Assembly (NCBI GenBank): GCA_964016885.1
Contig: OZ024746.1
Span: 93,620,001-93,684,000 of the forward strand
Length of the DNA: 64,000 nt
Source of the DNA: Eledone cirrhosa
Lineage: Eukaryota
Direction: 5' to 3'
The notes under the pieces were generated by a model, which saw only the letters and a program-made list of their open reading frames with translations, had not been told where the DNA came from and did no database searches. This document shows positions 42,232 through 56,705 of this stretch, piece by piece; position 1 is the stretch's first letter, and each line of letters opens with the position of its first letter. Both the position numbers and the translations under genes were made by a program.

Positions 42232-43692
42232 CTTACATTTTACATCTGGCCAGGGCCTATTACCAGCTTTGGGGTGACTACATACATTTTACATCTGGCC
42301 AGGGCCTATTACCAGCTTTGGGGTGACTACACACATTTCATGACTGGCCTGGATCTCTTACCAGCTTTGGGGTGACTACATACATTTCACGATTGGCCTG
42401 GATCTCTTACCAGCTTTGGGGTGACTACACACATTTCATGACTGGCCTGGATCTCTTACCAGCTTTGGGGTGACTACATACATTTCACGATTGGCCTGGA
42501 TCTCTTACCAGCTTTGGGGTGACTACATACATTTCACGACTGGCCTGGATCTCTTACCAGCTTTGGGGTGACTACATACATTTCACGACTGGCCTGGATC
42601 TCTTACCAGCTTTGGGGTGACTACAAACATTTCATGACTGGCCTGGATCTCTTACCAGCTTTGGGGTGACTACATACATTTCACGACTGGCCTGGATCTC
42701 TTACCAGCTTTGGGGTGACTACAAACATTTCATGACTGGCCTGGATCTCTTACCAGCTTTGGGGTGACTACATACATTTCACGACTGGCCTGGATCTCTT
42801 ACCAGCTTTGGGGTGACTACAAACATTTCATGACTGGCCTGGATCTCTTACCAGCTTTGGGGTGACTACATACATTTCACGACTGGCCTGGATCTCTTAC
42901 CAGCTTTGGGGTGACTACAAACATTTCATGACTGGCCTGGATCTCTTACCAGCTTTGGGGTGACTACATACATTTCACGACTGGCCTGGATCTCTTACCA
43001 GCTTTGGGGTGACTACAAACATTTCATGACTGGCCTGGATCTCTTACCAGCTTTGGGGTGACTACATACATTTCATGACTGGCCTGGATCTCTTACCAGC
43101 TTTGGGGTGACTACAAACATTTCATGACTGGCCTGGATCTCTTACCAGCTTTGGGGTGACTACATACATTTCACGACTGGCCTGGATCTCTTACCAGCTT
43201 TGGGGTGACTACAAACATTTCATGACTGGCCTGGATCTCTTACCAGCTTTGGGGTGACTACATACATTTCACGACTGGCCTGGATCTCTTACCAGCTTTG
43301 GGGTGACTACAAACATTTCATGACTGGCCTGGATCTCTTACCAGCTTTGGGGTGACTACATACATTTCACGACTGGCCTGGATCTCTTACCAGCTTTGGG
43401 GTGACTACAAACATTTCATGACTGGCCTGGATCTCTTACCAGCTTTGGGGTGACTACAAACATTTCATGACTGGCCTGGATCTCTTACCAGCTTTGGGGT
43501 GACTACAAACATTTCATGACTGGCCTGGATCTCTTACCAGCTTTGGGGTGACTACATACATTTCATGACTGGCCTGGATCTCTTACCAGCTTTGGGGTGA
43601 CTACATACATTTCATGACTGGCCTGGATCTATTACCAGCTTTGGGGTGACTACAAACATTTCATGACTGGCCTGGATCTATTACCAGCTATG
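42232..43692. repeat. 49-bp minisatellite, ~30 units
   Basis: Unit ggggtgactacatacatttcacgactggcctggatctcttaccagcttt, with two variants alternating in the middle. Confidence 0.97.
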
Positions 43693-43919
43693 GGGAGAGG
43701 GGGGAAACAGTTCACATCTCTCTTGGGTGTTTTACCAGCTTTGGGGAAAGAGAGGGCTACATTTCACATCAGTCCTGGATCAGTTACCTGTTTTGGAGAG
43801 CGGAAGGTTATATTTCATCTGACCAGGAGCTATTATCAGGTATGATGAGGTGTATGTGTGTGGGTGTGGGGTGTATTTCATATACATACTGGGCCTATGA
43901 CCAGATGTCTTGGTTTAGG

Positions 43920-44635
43920 GGGTTGGGGAGGGGGGCTATTTTTTACATCTGTCCTGGGCTTATTACCAGCTATGATGAAGGGGGTTGGGGAGGTATATTT
44001 TACATCTGTCCTGGGCTTATTACCAGCTATGATGAGGTGGGGGGGGGGGGGCTATATTTTACATCTGTCCTGGGCCTATTACCAGCTATGATGAAGTGGG
44101 GTTGGAGGCTATATTTTACATCTGTCCTGGGCCTATTCCCAGCTATGATGAAGTGGGGTTGGAGGCTATATTTTACATCTGTCCTGGGCCTATTCCCAGC
44201 TGATGAGGTGGGGTTGGAGGCTATATTTTACATCTGTCCTGGGCCTATTCCCAGCTGATGAGGTGGGGTTGGAGGCTATATTTTATATCTGTCCTGGGCC
44301 TATTCCCAGCTATGATGAAGTGGGGTTGGAGGCTATATTTTACATCTGTCCTGGGCCTATACCCAGCTATGATTAGGTGGGGTTGGAGGCTATATTTTAC
44401 ATCTGTCCTGGCCTATTCCCAGCTATGATGAAGTGGGGTTGGAGGCTATATTTTACATCTGTCCTGGGCCTATTCCCAGCTATGATTAGGTGGGGTTGGA
44501 GGCTATATTTTACATCTGTCCTGGGCCTATTCCCAGCTGATGAGGTGGGGTTGGAGGCTATATTTTACATCTGTCCTGGGCCTATTCCCAGCTGATGAGG
44601 TGGGGTTGGAGGCTATATTTTACATCTGTCCTGGG
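43920..44635. repeat. 55-57-bp minisatellite, ~12 units, homologous to the 49-bp array
   Basis: Unit ggggttggaggctatattttacatctgtcctgggcctattcccagctatgatgaagt shares ttttacatctg.cc.gggcctatt.ccagct with the first 49-bp units. Confidence 0.93.
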
Positions 44636-46395
44636 TTCCCCTATTCTCACTATAATCTCCGTCGTCAACAATAACTGAAGATTGCTGTAACCTGAAACAG
44701 AACTAATTGAATTAGCATCTCTCTCTCTCTACCTCTCTCTATATATCTCCTTCTCTCTTTCTACCTCTCTCTATATATCTCTTCTTCCCTCTCTTTCTAC
44801 CTCTCTCTATATATATCTCCTCTCTTTCTACCTCTCTCTATATATATCTCCTTCTCTCTTTCAACCTCTCTCTCTATATCTTTCCTTCTCTCTTTCTACC
44901 TCTCTCTGTATATCACTCCTTCTCTCTACCTCTCTCTATATATCTCTCCTCTCTTTTTACCTCTCTCTATATATATCTTTCCTTCTCTCTTTCTACCTCT
45001 CTCTCTATATTTTTTTCCTTTCTTTCTACCTTTCACATACACTCTCTTTCTCTCTTTATCTCAATCTTTCTACTTCTCTCTCTCTATCTTTCTACTTCTC
45101 TCTCTTTCTTTATCTTCTCTATCTTTCTACTTCTCTCTCTCTTTCTTTATCTATCTATCTATCTATCTCTCTATCTATGTTTCTTTCTTTCTCTCTTTCT
45201 TTCCTTCCCAGACTCCACCACTCTATGTCCATCAGTTATTGTCTTCTCTAGTTCAGTTCTTTCCTTCGTAGTTCTATCTGATTAGAAGGGATTTTGATCC
45301 GAGATCGTATCTTGAAACTGACCCTATTTTAACATCCTGTTAATCGTATTAGTTATTTAAAGTACACACACATACGCGCACACACACACGCACACACACA
45401 CGCACGCACAAACACACACACACATACATGCATAAACACATACACACATACATGCATAAACACACACACACACACACACATTTCTATGCGGGCGTGTGTA
45501 TTTTATATTCAAACAATACACTTTGCATCTATTTCACTAACAGACGATGTAATAACATTTGAACGTGTGTGTGTCTATGTGTGTGTGTATGTGTACGTGT
45601 GTGTGTATGTGTATGTGTGTGTATGTATGTGTCTGTGTGTATATGTGTGTGTCCGTGTGTGTGTGTGTGTGTGCAACCAAACCAATACTCCTTCTCAGGG
45701 GCGTATTAATGACTTGGCTGAAATTTGTGGCCGCGGGGACTGAGGGGGCCGTAATTTTTATTATTAATCTATTTTATTGTTATTATGCTTTGCAGCATAG
45801 AGTTATGGCCCTTTACGCTCTGAGTTCAAATCACGCTGAGATTTAACTTGGCCTTTTATCCTTACGGGGTCGATAAAATAAAGCACCAGTAATGCACTGG
45901 GGTCGATTTAATCAACTTTAGCCTCCCCCCCAAAAAAATTACTGGCCTTGTGCCTATATAAGAAACCATGGTGGATTGGCAGTATAGGTAGAGAGTCGGA
46001 CGTCATGCTTTCCAGTATAGTTACGTCCCTTTACGGTCTGAGTTCAAATCCCGCCGAGGTTTACTTTGCCTTTCATCCTTACGGGGGTCGATTAAATAAA
46101 GTACCAGTAATGTACTGCGTAATGGATGGCCTTGTGCCAAAAGTGGAAACAATTATTATTATTATACTTTGCAGCATAGAGTTATGGTCCTTTGCGGACT
46201 GCGTTCAGATCCCGCCGAGATTTAACTTGGCCTTTTATCCTTACGGGGGTCGATAAAATAAAGTACCAGTAATACACTGAGGTAATTGCTGGCCTTGTGC
46301 CAAAAGTAGAAACAATTATTATTTTTACTTTAGTGGGATGAAAGATTGAAGTGCCTAAGAGAGACCTGTAATACCCGAATGCCTAGGGGCCTGGT

Positions 46396-46690
46396 CAGAG
46401 GTGTAGCTAAGGTATGGCAAGCACGGCACGTGCCATGGGTTCCACATGAAGGGGGCGCCACTTGGACTAGGAGCACGTTCTGTTAAAGTCAAATAAGCCT
46501 CGTTGGAGAATGAAAAACAGAAACTCTTTCAGATGTATGATCTGTCTCTATCATGGGTGAGAACGCTATGGTGGCTGGATCAACCATGTATATATAAATT
46601 ATTAGGCCTCCATAGGTAAAAATACAGTGTTGGGGAGGGGCATCATTTCACTGCTTGTCATAGGTGCTATTTTCCCTGGTTATACCTCTG
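46396..46690 (+). mobile_element. hAT-like MITE; second copy at 50040-50323 (-)
   Basis: TIR cagaggtgtagctaagg / ccctggttatacctctg, 8-bp TSD ggcctggt/ggtctggt. Confidence 0.7.
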
Positions 46691-47066
46691 GGTCTGGTCA
46701 TGGATTAATACGACTTGTTGCTTAGTAGTTAAAGCTAGCAAAATTGTGAGTGCGATTTCAGGACCAGGCGACGCGTTGTGTCCTTGAGCAAGACATTTTA
46801 TTTCAGGTTGTTCCGGTGCTCTCAGCTGGAGAATATTAGTGGTATACGTTATTCAAAGAGCGAGATTTACCCCACTCTGACACACTGAATCGCCTTAAGA
46901 ATTACGTTAAGTATGCATTTGTATGTTAATATCTGGCGCACACACACACACACATAGGGCCACCAAGAGAAATGGATGTTGCATGGTTTCTGTGGGTCAT
47001 TTTACCCCAGCTCTTGGGCTCCGTAACAAAGTACCAAAAGGACCCCTCTCATAAACCCTGTGTGTG

Positions 47067-47098
<32 letters not shown>

Positions 47099-47177
47099 TA
47101 TATACATATATATACACACATATATATACATATATATATACATATATATACACACATATATATACATATATATATAC

Positions 47178-47236
<59 letters not shown>

Positions 47237-49298
47237 CAGGATGGATTTAGTTTGAAACTGGTTAGAACATTACTTAACGGAGTACTCAATACTTGAAATA
47301 GTAGAGTATGGTTATATTATTATGAGTCGAGACCCGACAGCTGAGCTCTTGCCGTTTCAACAGTTAGTTCCAGACAATATATACACAGGAATTTTGAAGA
47401 AATTAAAAACATCTTTATTAGTCTTATACATGTTTCAACACACACACACGCATATATATATATATAGAGAGAGAGGAAAATGTATGACCCCGACGGCAGA
47501 GCTCAAGCCGTTTCGACGGCTATTTCAGTCCAGAAATAGCCGTCGAAACGGCTTGAGCTCTACCGTCGGGGTCATACATTTTCCTATTACCCACTCTACT
47601 ACCCTAAGTGTGTGTGTGTGTGTGTATATATACATATGGTGGCAGTCAAGTCACTATCCCATATGACAACCCTCTGCGACGCATCCTCCTCCCCATAATG
47701 GGATCTTAAGATGACCCAGCCATTCAATGTACCATTATGGTAAGCCCTCATCGCACCTCCTAGATACGGACGACACTTCAACGTGAATGAGGAAACTACC
47801 GAGGTGGCTTTATTTCACTGTTGCGGGTGATTGTGCTACCCTACCGATCGCCACCTATTGGCGATTCCAAGAAAACCAATCTAGTCCTGACTTGCGCAGG
47901 AAGAAAGAATACATACATAAATGTACATACATACGTATTTAAATACGTGTACATACATACATGCAAACATACATACATATATACATACGTACATACATAA
48001 TGGCTGCCCCCTCGTTATCGAGTATGGCCATTGCACGATATACCATTATTAATAATTATTAATTAATTCTATCGTGCAATGCCTGATATTTTTTAAAGTG
48101 AGGAAAGACTGTGCACTGAGCCAATCCCGCTCTCTGAGCAACAGTAACTATAACCCGAAAAGAAGAAAAGATCAACATCATCGGTAACTACTGAGCCACA
48201 GGTTTTATATCGGAGTTATCCCATTTTTCTGAGTTGCCTTCTACTAGAAGAATGTCCTGACAAAGGCTAGGGGTCCTTCACTCCCAGTGGTTTAACCGCG
48301 CGATCGGGTGTCCAGCCCGACTTTTTCTGTCCCCGCGCATATACACACACATGCACCCATGCATATATACACATATACATACATATGTACATGTGTATAT
48401 ACATATTTACACACCGTGGGATGGCCGTTGACTCTTATGAGTTCTTCCGCCCTTTGTCAGGTTTTGTTTTTTGTCCTGCAGGGTGTCCAAAATCACCCTC
48501 CTCACCAAGTAAACTTGGTGGGGTTGCCAGTTTAGTCGTCGACGACCCGATCATGCGACAGGTTCATACATACGTACATGCATACATGATGGCTGCAAAC
48601 TTTGCTAAGAGTATTGCAATCACTTGTCAGATTATAGAGTTTGGTACAGTTTTAAGCTACGGCCAGCCACACGAACCTGTAACATACCCTGAACAAGCAA
48701 TGCCTGTGCTTTGAAGGGTTTTTTATGTGGGGAAAGGCCTTGCACTCGACCAATCCCACTCTCTGAGCATCGAAAACTCTACCCGAAAAGGAGAACTGGT
48801 CAACATCATTAGATGTTTCCGAAGTCACAGGTTTTTTTTTTTTTCAGAGTTACCCTCTCCTAGAAAGTTGTTGTGATAACAACTGGGGGCCTTTCACTCC
48901 CAGGTGAGGAAAAGAAAATACATGCATACGTGTACATACAGACATACTTACGTACGTGTATATACATACGTACGTATACATACATACATACATACATACA
49001 TACATACATACATACATACATACATACATACATACATACATACATACATACATACATACATACACCTGTTTTAAGGACGGTGGATAAGCCGAATCATTTG
49101 AGCGATGGATAAAATATTTCATAAGGGTCCTTGGTTCTTTACGTTCTGAGTTCAAAGATCGCTCAGTTTAACTTTGCTTTCCCTCCCTCCGGCGTCGATG
49201 AAATAAAGTACCAGCCATGTACTGGGGTAGAAATAATTGGCTTTCTCTTCCCCTAAAAATGGCTAGAATTGTGCCAAAATTAGAAACCATTATAAATA

Positions 49299-49710
49299 CT
49301 CTCGGGTTCCAAATAAGGGGGCAGTGGTGGAATTAGCGGGGCAGTTAAAATAAGGGGTTGATAAGTGGGGTGAAAATCAGTAACTTTTTAAAGGTTGTCT
49401 CCGTCGCTGTTTTTAAAAACCAGAATTAGACGTTTAGTTTACATATTGAGACCCCCCCAACCCTTCCTATTTATTTCATAATGTATGGGATTTCTAGTAG
49501 TGTACATTTTTTGTCATGTATGATGTTTTTTAATCTACAAAGAAAATTAATTGTCGCAGGAATGCTACCACTTAAAATAAAATTTCGCCTGATATAGATT
49601 AGCAAAATTTAATAAGCGGGGGTGGAATTGGAATAAGAGTGTGTGTGTGGGGGGGGGGGGGTCTGAGAAAATAATAAGTGTTGGGGAAACGATTATTCGA
49701 GACCCGAGAG
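49299..49710. mobile_element. Tc1/mariner(pogo)-type MITE; related fragment at ~1696-1810
   Basis: TIR ctctcgggttccaaataa / ttattcgagacccgagag with TA TSD. Confidence 0.7.
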
Positions 49711-52252
49711 TATAGAACATTTTCGTTATACATACCTGAAAACTAAACAATTTTTTTCTAGTCCACTATAATTCATATTAAGACACCATCGTTGTATTTT
49801 AGTCCCAGGTCAAAACCGTAATAATTGTTTCTACTTTTGGCGCAAGGCCAGCAATTATCCAGTACATTACTGGTACTTTATTTTATCGACCCCGTAAGGA
49901 TGGAAGGCAAAGTTAACCTCGGTCCTTGCAATAACACTAACAGACACTTGCAACACAATATAACTGTATTGCTAAAGCCGTCGTTTGAACTAGCTTTAGA
50001 ACTGTTGTGTTCAAACTACTGGACACTTAGGCTTTCAAGCAGAGGTTTAACTAGGGGAAATAGTGTCTGTGACAAGCAGTGAAACTGCACCCCTGCCCAG
50101 CACTGTATTTTAAACTAGGAGCGTAATAATTTATATAAATGGTTTAATGATCCAGCCACCATAGTAATTCTCATCCATGATAATCAAAGTCCAGATCATA
50201 CATCTGAAGAAGCTTCTTTTTTTACTCTCCGGTGATAGCTTACCTGACTTTAGTAGAAAGTGTACATGGTTCAAGTGGCGCCCATGGCACGTGCTATGCT
50301 TGCCAAATCTTGCTTGCGCCTCTACTTTCAAGTATTTTTAGGATCGTCTGGCATTTTAATATTTCATTTCAATACAGAAATAAAAAAAAAGTGACAAAAA
50401 GTCCTTAGTCTATGCCTAGTCAGCATTGTGGATAATTATTTCTACCTTTGGCACAAAGCCAGCAATTATCTCAGTGCATTACTGGTACTTTATTCTATCG
50501 ACCCCGTAAGGTTGAAAGGCAAAGTTAACCTCGGTGTGATTTGAACTCAGACCGTAAAGGGACGTAACTATGCTAGAAAGCATGGCGTCCGACTTTCTAC
50601 GGATACTGCCAAACGGCCTTGCTTGTATCTTTTCTTTTAAGATAACAAGATGTAATTTGAGAGAGATTTTCTCTGCTATTCCCAGCACGTGGAGCTAGTG
50701 TGTTGAGACTCCGACGACGTTGATTAAATGTTTATGAAATTGGTGATGGTGGTGGTGGTGGTGGAATATGCGGTACCATTCTTTTAACGGGTCAATTAGG
50801 TCATTCCTTGCATACCAATTCCATAAGCACGTGTGACACTGTGCCAACATTAAGGCGGTTAATTGACTGAAATAGTAGATTCTTTAGTTACGATTGTTTA
50901 ACTCTCTGAGTTCGAATCCCGCTAGAGTCTACTTTGCCCTCTCATCCTTCCAGAGGTCAATATAACAGACCGGTGTTGTCTAATGCTTTCCCTACCAACG
51001 AACCCATTTCATTTAAAGGAATTTTACCATTGCCTTCTTCTTCTGCTACCTCCTCCTCTTCTTCTTTTTCTTTTCTTATTTTCTTTTTCTTCTTTTTCTT
51101 TTTCTTTTTCTTTTTCTTTTTCTTTTTCTTTTTCCTCTTTCTCTTTTCTTCTTTTTCTCTTTTCTTCTTTCTCTTTTCTTCTTTTTCTTTTTTTTTTCTT
51201 CTTCTGTTAAGACGGTCATTGAGACGGAGTCCTCAGACACGCCATCAAGAAAAGCAGTCATATAGCGGCCCCTAACAGTTTGTAAGGTTTACCTACTTAA
51301 TAAACTCACGAGCCTCAATAATACCCTCACAGCAGGAGGAGATTAAGCTTACGTGGGACCCCTGGTTGAAATTTTCATTGGAGCTCTGACGTATTATTTA
51401 TGGTAGCAAAAAAAAAAAAAAAATGAGTTTGGATCTCTTTAACTCTTTCGTTATTTTATTTCCGATGAATTAATTAATAAATTTCCGATGAATTAATTAA
51501 TAAATTTCATCAATAGTTTCTTTATTTGAATGTTATTTGTAACATAACTTATACAAGTTCTTATACAATAATTGTTTCTACTTTTGGCACAAGGCCAGCA
51601 ATTAAATCAGTGCATTACTTGTATTTTATTTTATCGACCCCGTAAGGATTGAAAGGCAAAGTTAACCTCGGCGGGATTTGAACTCAGACCGTAAAGGGGC
51701 GTAATTCTATGCTACAAAGCATGGCGTCCGACTCTCTACCGATACTGTCAATCCATCAAATAATGTTGGAATGATTTTAATTTAAGTAGAAACCCTCTAA
51801 AAGGGTTTTGTTTATATAATGATATATAATGAAAATTACTACATGCAGTGCTCAGGTGCACTAAAACTCATCGAAGGTGCATATATAGTGATTTCTTATA
51901 GAGGCACAAGGCCAGTAATTTTGGAGGAGGGGAAAGTCGATTAAATCGATACCAGTAGATTACTGGTACTTTATATTATCGACCCTGTAAGGATGAAAGG
52001 CAAAGTTAACCTCGGCGGGATTTGAACTCAGACCGTAAAGGACCGTAACTCTATGCTGGAAGGTGCATATATAGTACATAGCATTATGTACAAATACCAG
52101 GAAAGTGAACAGTGTATGAGTCACGATATACACACACACAGACACACACTCACACACATCTGTGCATGTGTGTGGACACGTGTGTGTGTGTCTGTGTGTT
52201 CATAGAACTAGTGCCGGATTTTGGCGGGTTGGTATTAAAGTGGATAAATATG

Positions 52253-52450
52253 TTAAGAAATTGTTCCAATGCTAACATCTAGTTTTCTTGTAAGCTCTCG
52301 AACTGTTGTGCGAGAACTTGCTTCTACTAAAGCCTTCACTTCATCGTCGTCAATAGAAGGAAGTCCGCGACATCCCTTATCTACAAAAGTGAATTCACCA
52401 CGGCGGAATTTTTGAAACCAATTTTGCACTGTGCACGTCCTTGCAGGGCC
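52253..52450 (-). pseudogene. mariner transposase N-terminal (HTH) fragment
   Basis: TVQNWFQKFRRGEFTFVDKGCRGLPSIDDDEVKALVEASSRTTVRELTRKLDVSIGTIS matches the mariner WF..FR.G...L.D..R.GRP...TTRELA pattern. Confidence 0.85.
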
Positions 52451-54896
52451 TCCAAGAGAAATTTTGCAAGGCGGTGTAAGACCCTTTTGGAGCCCGAAAC
52501 AGGCAAAGATTTTTTTCAAAATGGCAGTTGCATGGTTGCTGTGAGGGCTTCTTAGCACTTGCTCCCCGGAACAAAGTACACATACACTCACACATAATAT
52601 CAACATTAATACACAAACATTCCATTTTTGCGTTCCAAAATTGTTACCAAGACTACCTAACAGGTTGTCTTGCCTAATCTCATCATTTTCGTTTTTTTTT
52701 TATTATTATTATTACAGACTTCCTTTTATTTTCTCTATCTATCCTTTGTGATCCTGTCTCAATTTTTTGAAACTCCCGAAGAAGGGCCAAAGCCCGACAC
52801 GTCAAACTTTCCCCTTTTCCATATAAAGCTTTGTGGTTAGGGTATTCGGCTCACAATCGTAAGGTCGTGAGTTCGATTCCTGGTGGTGCGCTGTGAGCTT
52901 GAGCAAGACACTTTATTTCACGTTGTTCCAGTCAACTCACGTAGCAAAAATGAGTTGTACCTGTAATTCGAAAGGCCAGCCTTGTCACATTCTATGTCAT
53001 GCTGAATCTCCCTGAGAACTACGTTAAGGGTACGTGTGTTTATGGAATCCTCAGCCACTTACACGTTAATTTCACGAGCAGGCTGTTCCGTTGATCCGAT
53101 CAACTAGAACACTCGTCGTCGTAACCGACTTAGTACCTTCCAATGAGTCTCAATATATATACTTGTTGCTGTGCTTATAATCGTTTTGGCATTGATACAC
53201 TGGTTGGATGCCCTTCCCAACACCAACGCCACTTTACTGCATGGACTGGGTGCTTTTATTTGTGCCACCAGTACTAGAGAGGATGTCTTACTGGACTCAT
53301 GGGCCCTCTCTACCCCTCCATTTTACAGCATGGTCATAAAAAAAAACACACACACACACTCACCACTTATTGACACTCACGGCACACACACACTCACTCA
53401 CACACCAACACTCATGCATACAAGCACACACGCCACTCATTGAAAATTTAAATGAATGTTAAGGTGAAGAACACTGTACTATTCTCTTTGCACACAGAAA
53501 AATCTACATATTTCACTGCTAATTAATCATTTGTTAGTAGGCAAAAACCTTTTCCCTCTCGTCTATAAAGAGAAATATAGTCATATGTTATATATATCAA
53601 ACACAAACTAGGAAGAAATACTTCCAAAAATATTGTCCTACATTCTATTGACTGCGGGTCTGCCACCATAGCTATGTTGATATATTTACTAAACATGTGA
53701 GTGCAACTGATCACACATTTAATTTCAAATATACAGTGTTGGTGCTCCAATTAATTAATACATACACACGCGTGTGTGAGTGTGTATGTATGTATGTGTG
53801 TATGTATCATTCACTTACTGATGTATTAATCATTGTGTGTTTAATACTTTGAAATGTATGCAATTTAATTCAAGGCCTTCAAATTGCTGGCCTTGTGCTG
53901 AAAATAGAAACAATTATTTTAAATATGTTGAAACAAATAAAACCATGAAACCTACATTGATTTCTGAACAAACTAACATAATATGAAATGTGTGCACCCC
54001 AAACCAAATGACCATAATAATAGTGGTTCACTGCAAATAATGATTTAGAAAATCGAGTAAAGTACTAGAGACCAGGAGGAAATTGACCGAGGGACCTGCA
54101 AATTAGGGTGATATTAGTAGGTATTCTAATTTGTTTGCTGTTTTAATACACAATTCTGTCTACTTTTTCCATCACCTGGTGTACTTCACCCATGTTTTTA
54201 ATTATTATTCATAATTGTTTCTACAATAGGCACAAGGCCAGCAATTATTCCAGTGTATTACTGGTACTTTATTTTATCGACCCCCGTAAGGCAAAGTTAA
54301 CCTCAACAGGATTTGAACTCAGAATGGCAAGGGCCGTAACTCTATGCATCAAAGCATGGCGTCCGACCCTCTACCGATATTGCCAATTATTATTCATAAT
54401 GATCTACTATTATTACCCCAGTAACAATAGTAGGCGGTGGATTGGCAGTATCAGTAGAGGGTCGGACGCCATGCTTGACGCAAAGAGTTACGTCCCTTTA
54501 CGATCTGAGTTCAAATCCCGCCGAGGTTAACTTTGCCTTTCATCCTTACGGGATCGTTAAAATAAAGTACCAGTAATACACTGGGTAATTGCTGGCCTTG
54601 TGCCAAAAGTAGAAACAATTATTACCCCAGTAACAATTTTTGTTTCTGAGTTTTTATTATTATTACTTTTTTTTTTGTGGGGGAATCCGAAAATTTCTTT
54701 GGAATCCTTTGAAACAGGAGATGACAGTTCCACAAAATTTATATTTCCCTTCCTCCTCCTCTCTGTATTCAGGCAGTCCTAACCACAACCCTAAATCTAA
54801 ACCTAACCCTAACTCTAAGACTAATCCCTAAACAACTCAGCGTCAGCTCAAACACCAATCCTTAATCATAACCCTAACCCTAACCCTAACCCTTAA

Positions 54897-55181
54897 CCCT
54901 TTAGCATTTAAACCAGCCATATCCGGCCAGAACTCTTTTACTTCTTTCTGTTCAAACCGGCCATAAGTGATCACTCATACCAACGTTAAGGCATTGTTCT
55001 CAAAATAAACAATATCAAAATCTCATAGATTCGATATCATGTGAGATAATTATGTAAGATAAAGCCTTTACTGTGAAAATACAATAGTATAAATATAGAG
55101 TAATGTAAATGTTATGTGAGGTAAAGCCTTTACTGTGAAAATACAATACTATAAATATAGAGTAAAGTAAATGCTAAAGGG
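54897..55181 (+). mobile_element. piggyBac-type MITE. Other copies: 56210-56423, 56727-56923(-), three tandem 5' pieces at 59690-59940
   Basis: TIR ccctttagcattta / taaatgctaaaggg, TTAA TSD. Confidence 0.88.
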
Positions 55182-55803
55182 TTAACTTTGAAAAAACATT
55201 TTTCTTTTCGTAGAACTGTAATCAATGTTTCAACTGTAGGAATCTTAAGAATCTTTCAAAACTAAATCATAAAACCAAAAAAGTTATGGGTTGGAATTAT
55301 GGATCTGAAACTAAGTCTACTTAAAGTCTACCTTTGTAAACATTGCAATTGTTTAGCCTTGTAATACGGAATTCAACACACTAACTAGTACTCCATTGGT
55401 TACTACAACGAGTGTTCCAGTTGATCTGATCAACAGAACAGCCTGCTTGTTAAATTAGCATACAAGTGGCTGAGCATTCCACAGACACATGTACCCTTAA
55501 TGTAGTTCTCAGGGAGATTCAGCATGACACAATGTACAAGGCTGGCCCTTCGAATTACAGGTACAACTTATTTTTGCTAGCTGAGGGGACTGGGATAATG
55601 TAAAATAAAGTGTCTTGCTCAAGGACACAATGCACAGCTGGGAATCAAATTCATGATCTTACAAGCATGAACCAAATATGAACCACAAAGCCACACGCCT
55701 TCACTTGAATTGAATACATTAGTCATATTTAAACAAATGTCTTTCAACCAAGAGTAACACTTACATAGCATGATTCATAATAGAAACATACCAAACATAT
55801 ATA

Positions 55804-56024
55804 CAGTCTGTTCACTTTTTACGCAAAGATGTGTTCGTAAACGCGGCACATAAAGCAAATTTTCGTAAATCAAGTCTAATTTTATATTATTTCTGATAAA
55901 TAAAATAATTAATAACCACACACGTTATAGTGCATTATTCGCGCAAAGTAAATATTTAATAATATTTTTTCAAGAGGCGTTAAAACGAATTTGAGTTCAA
56001 GCTCACATAAAAGTATACAGACTG
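55804..56024. mobile_element. Tc1/mariner-type MITE
   Basis: TIR cagtctgttcactttt / aaaagtatacagactg, TA TSD. Confidence 0.7.
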
Positions 56025-56579
56025 TATATATTTATTTTACATATAAATATTGTATATGATTTTATATACAACTCTAAAATGTTCTCTTATTTTTTCATGA
56101 ACAGAAAAGGCAGGGATTGGCCTGAACTGGTTCCCTTTCTAATTGGGATCTCTTCAGGGACTGCACACCCTCATTTGACTGTCTTATCATCATCATCATC
56201 ATTGTTTAACTCTTTAGCATTTAAACCAGCCGTATCTGGCCAGAATTCTCTCACCTCTTTCTGTTCAAACTGACCATAACTGGCCACACATACTGATATT
56301 AAGGTAATGTTGTCAAAATAAATAATATCAACATCACATAGATTCGATATTATGCGAGATAATTATGTGAGAAAAAGCCTTTAAATACAATAGTAAATAT
56401 AGGGTAATGTAAATGCTAAAGGGTTAACATCTCCTTTCCATACTAGCAAGGGTTGGACTGTTCAGGGTATTTAATTATACATTGTTGTGATGGTGAAATA
56501 ATTGTAATTGTTTACAAAGATGTATCATAACGCACATTTCAATATATTTAAAGTTATTTTGGGGGTTGCTTTGTCACAG

Positions 56580-56705
56580 AAGGAAGGGCAGTGTCCAGGA
56601 ACCTTTTCATGGCTTCGAAGAGTGGGAGGAGGGTATCCTTAAACTGGAGACTGACTTGAATGTTTGCAAGTTTGCAACAAAGTGGACTCTGCTAAAAGCA
56701 GACAA
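56580..56705 (+). CDS. Candidate 126-nt coding exon of an unidentified host gene
   Basis: ttgtcacag| ... caa|gtaggt. Open frame RKGSVQEPFHGFEEWEEGILKLETDLNVCKFATKWTLLKAD, non-repetitive, no recognisable homology. Confidence 0.3.

Noticed and set aside
42232-44635. Regular arrays as CRISPR (also 3526, 27632, 40662, 57562)
   Set aside because: No unique spacers, no cas genes, and the context is eukaryotic.
50131-50347. Minus-strand exon candidate with cag|gtaagc donor
   Set aside because: Lies inside a copy of the hAT-like MITE seen at 46396-46690.
52767-52810. Hammerhead-like ccgaaga-agggc(caaa)gccc-gaca-cg-tc
   Set aside because: Two core positions are mutated and stem I is unconvincing. 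Probably a decayed PLE ribozyme, so not called.
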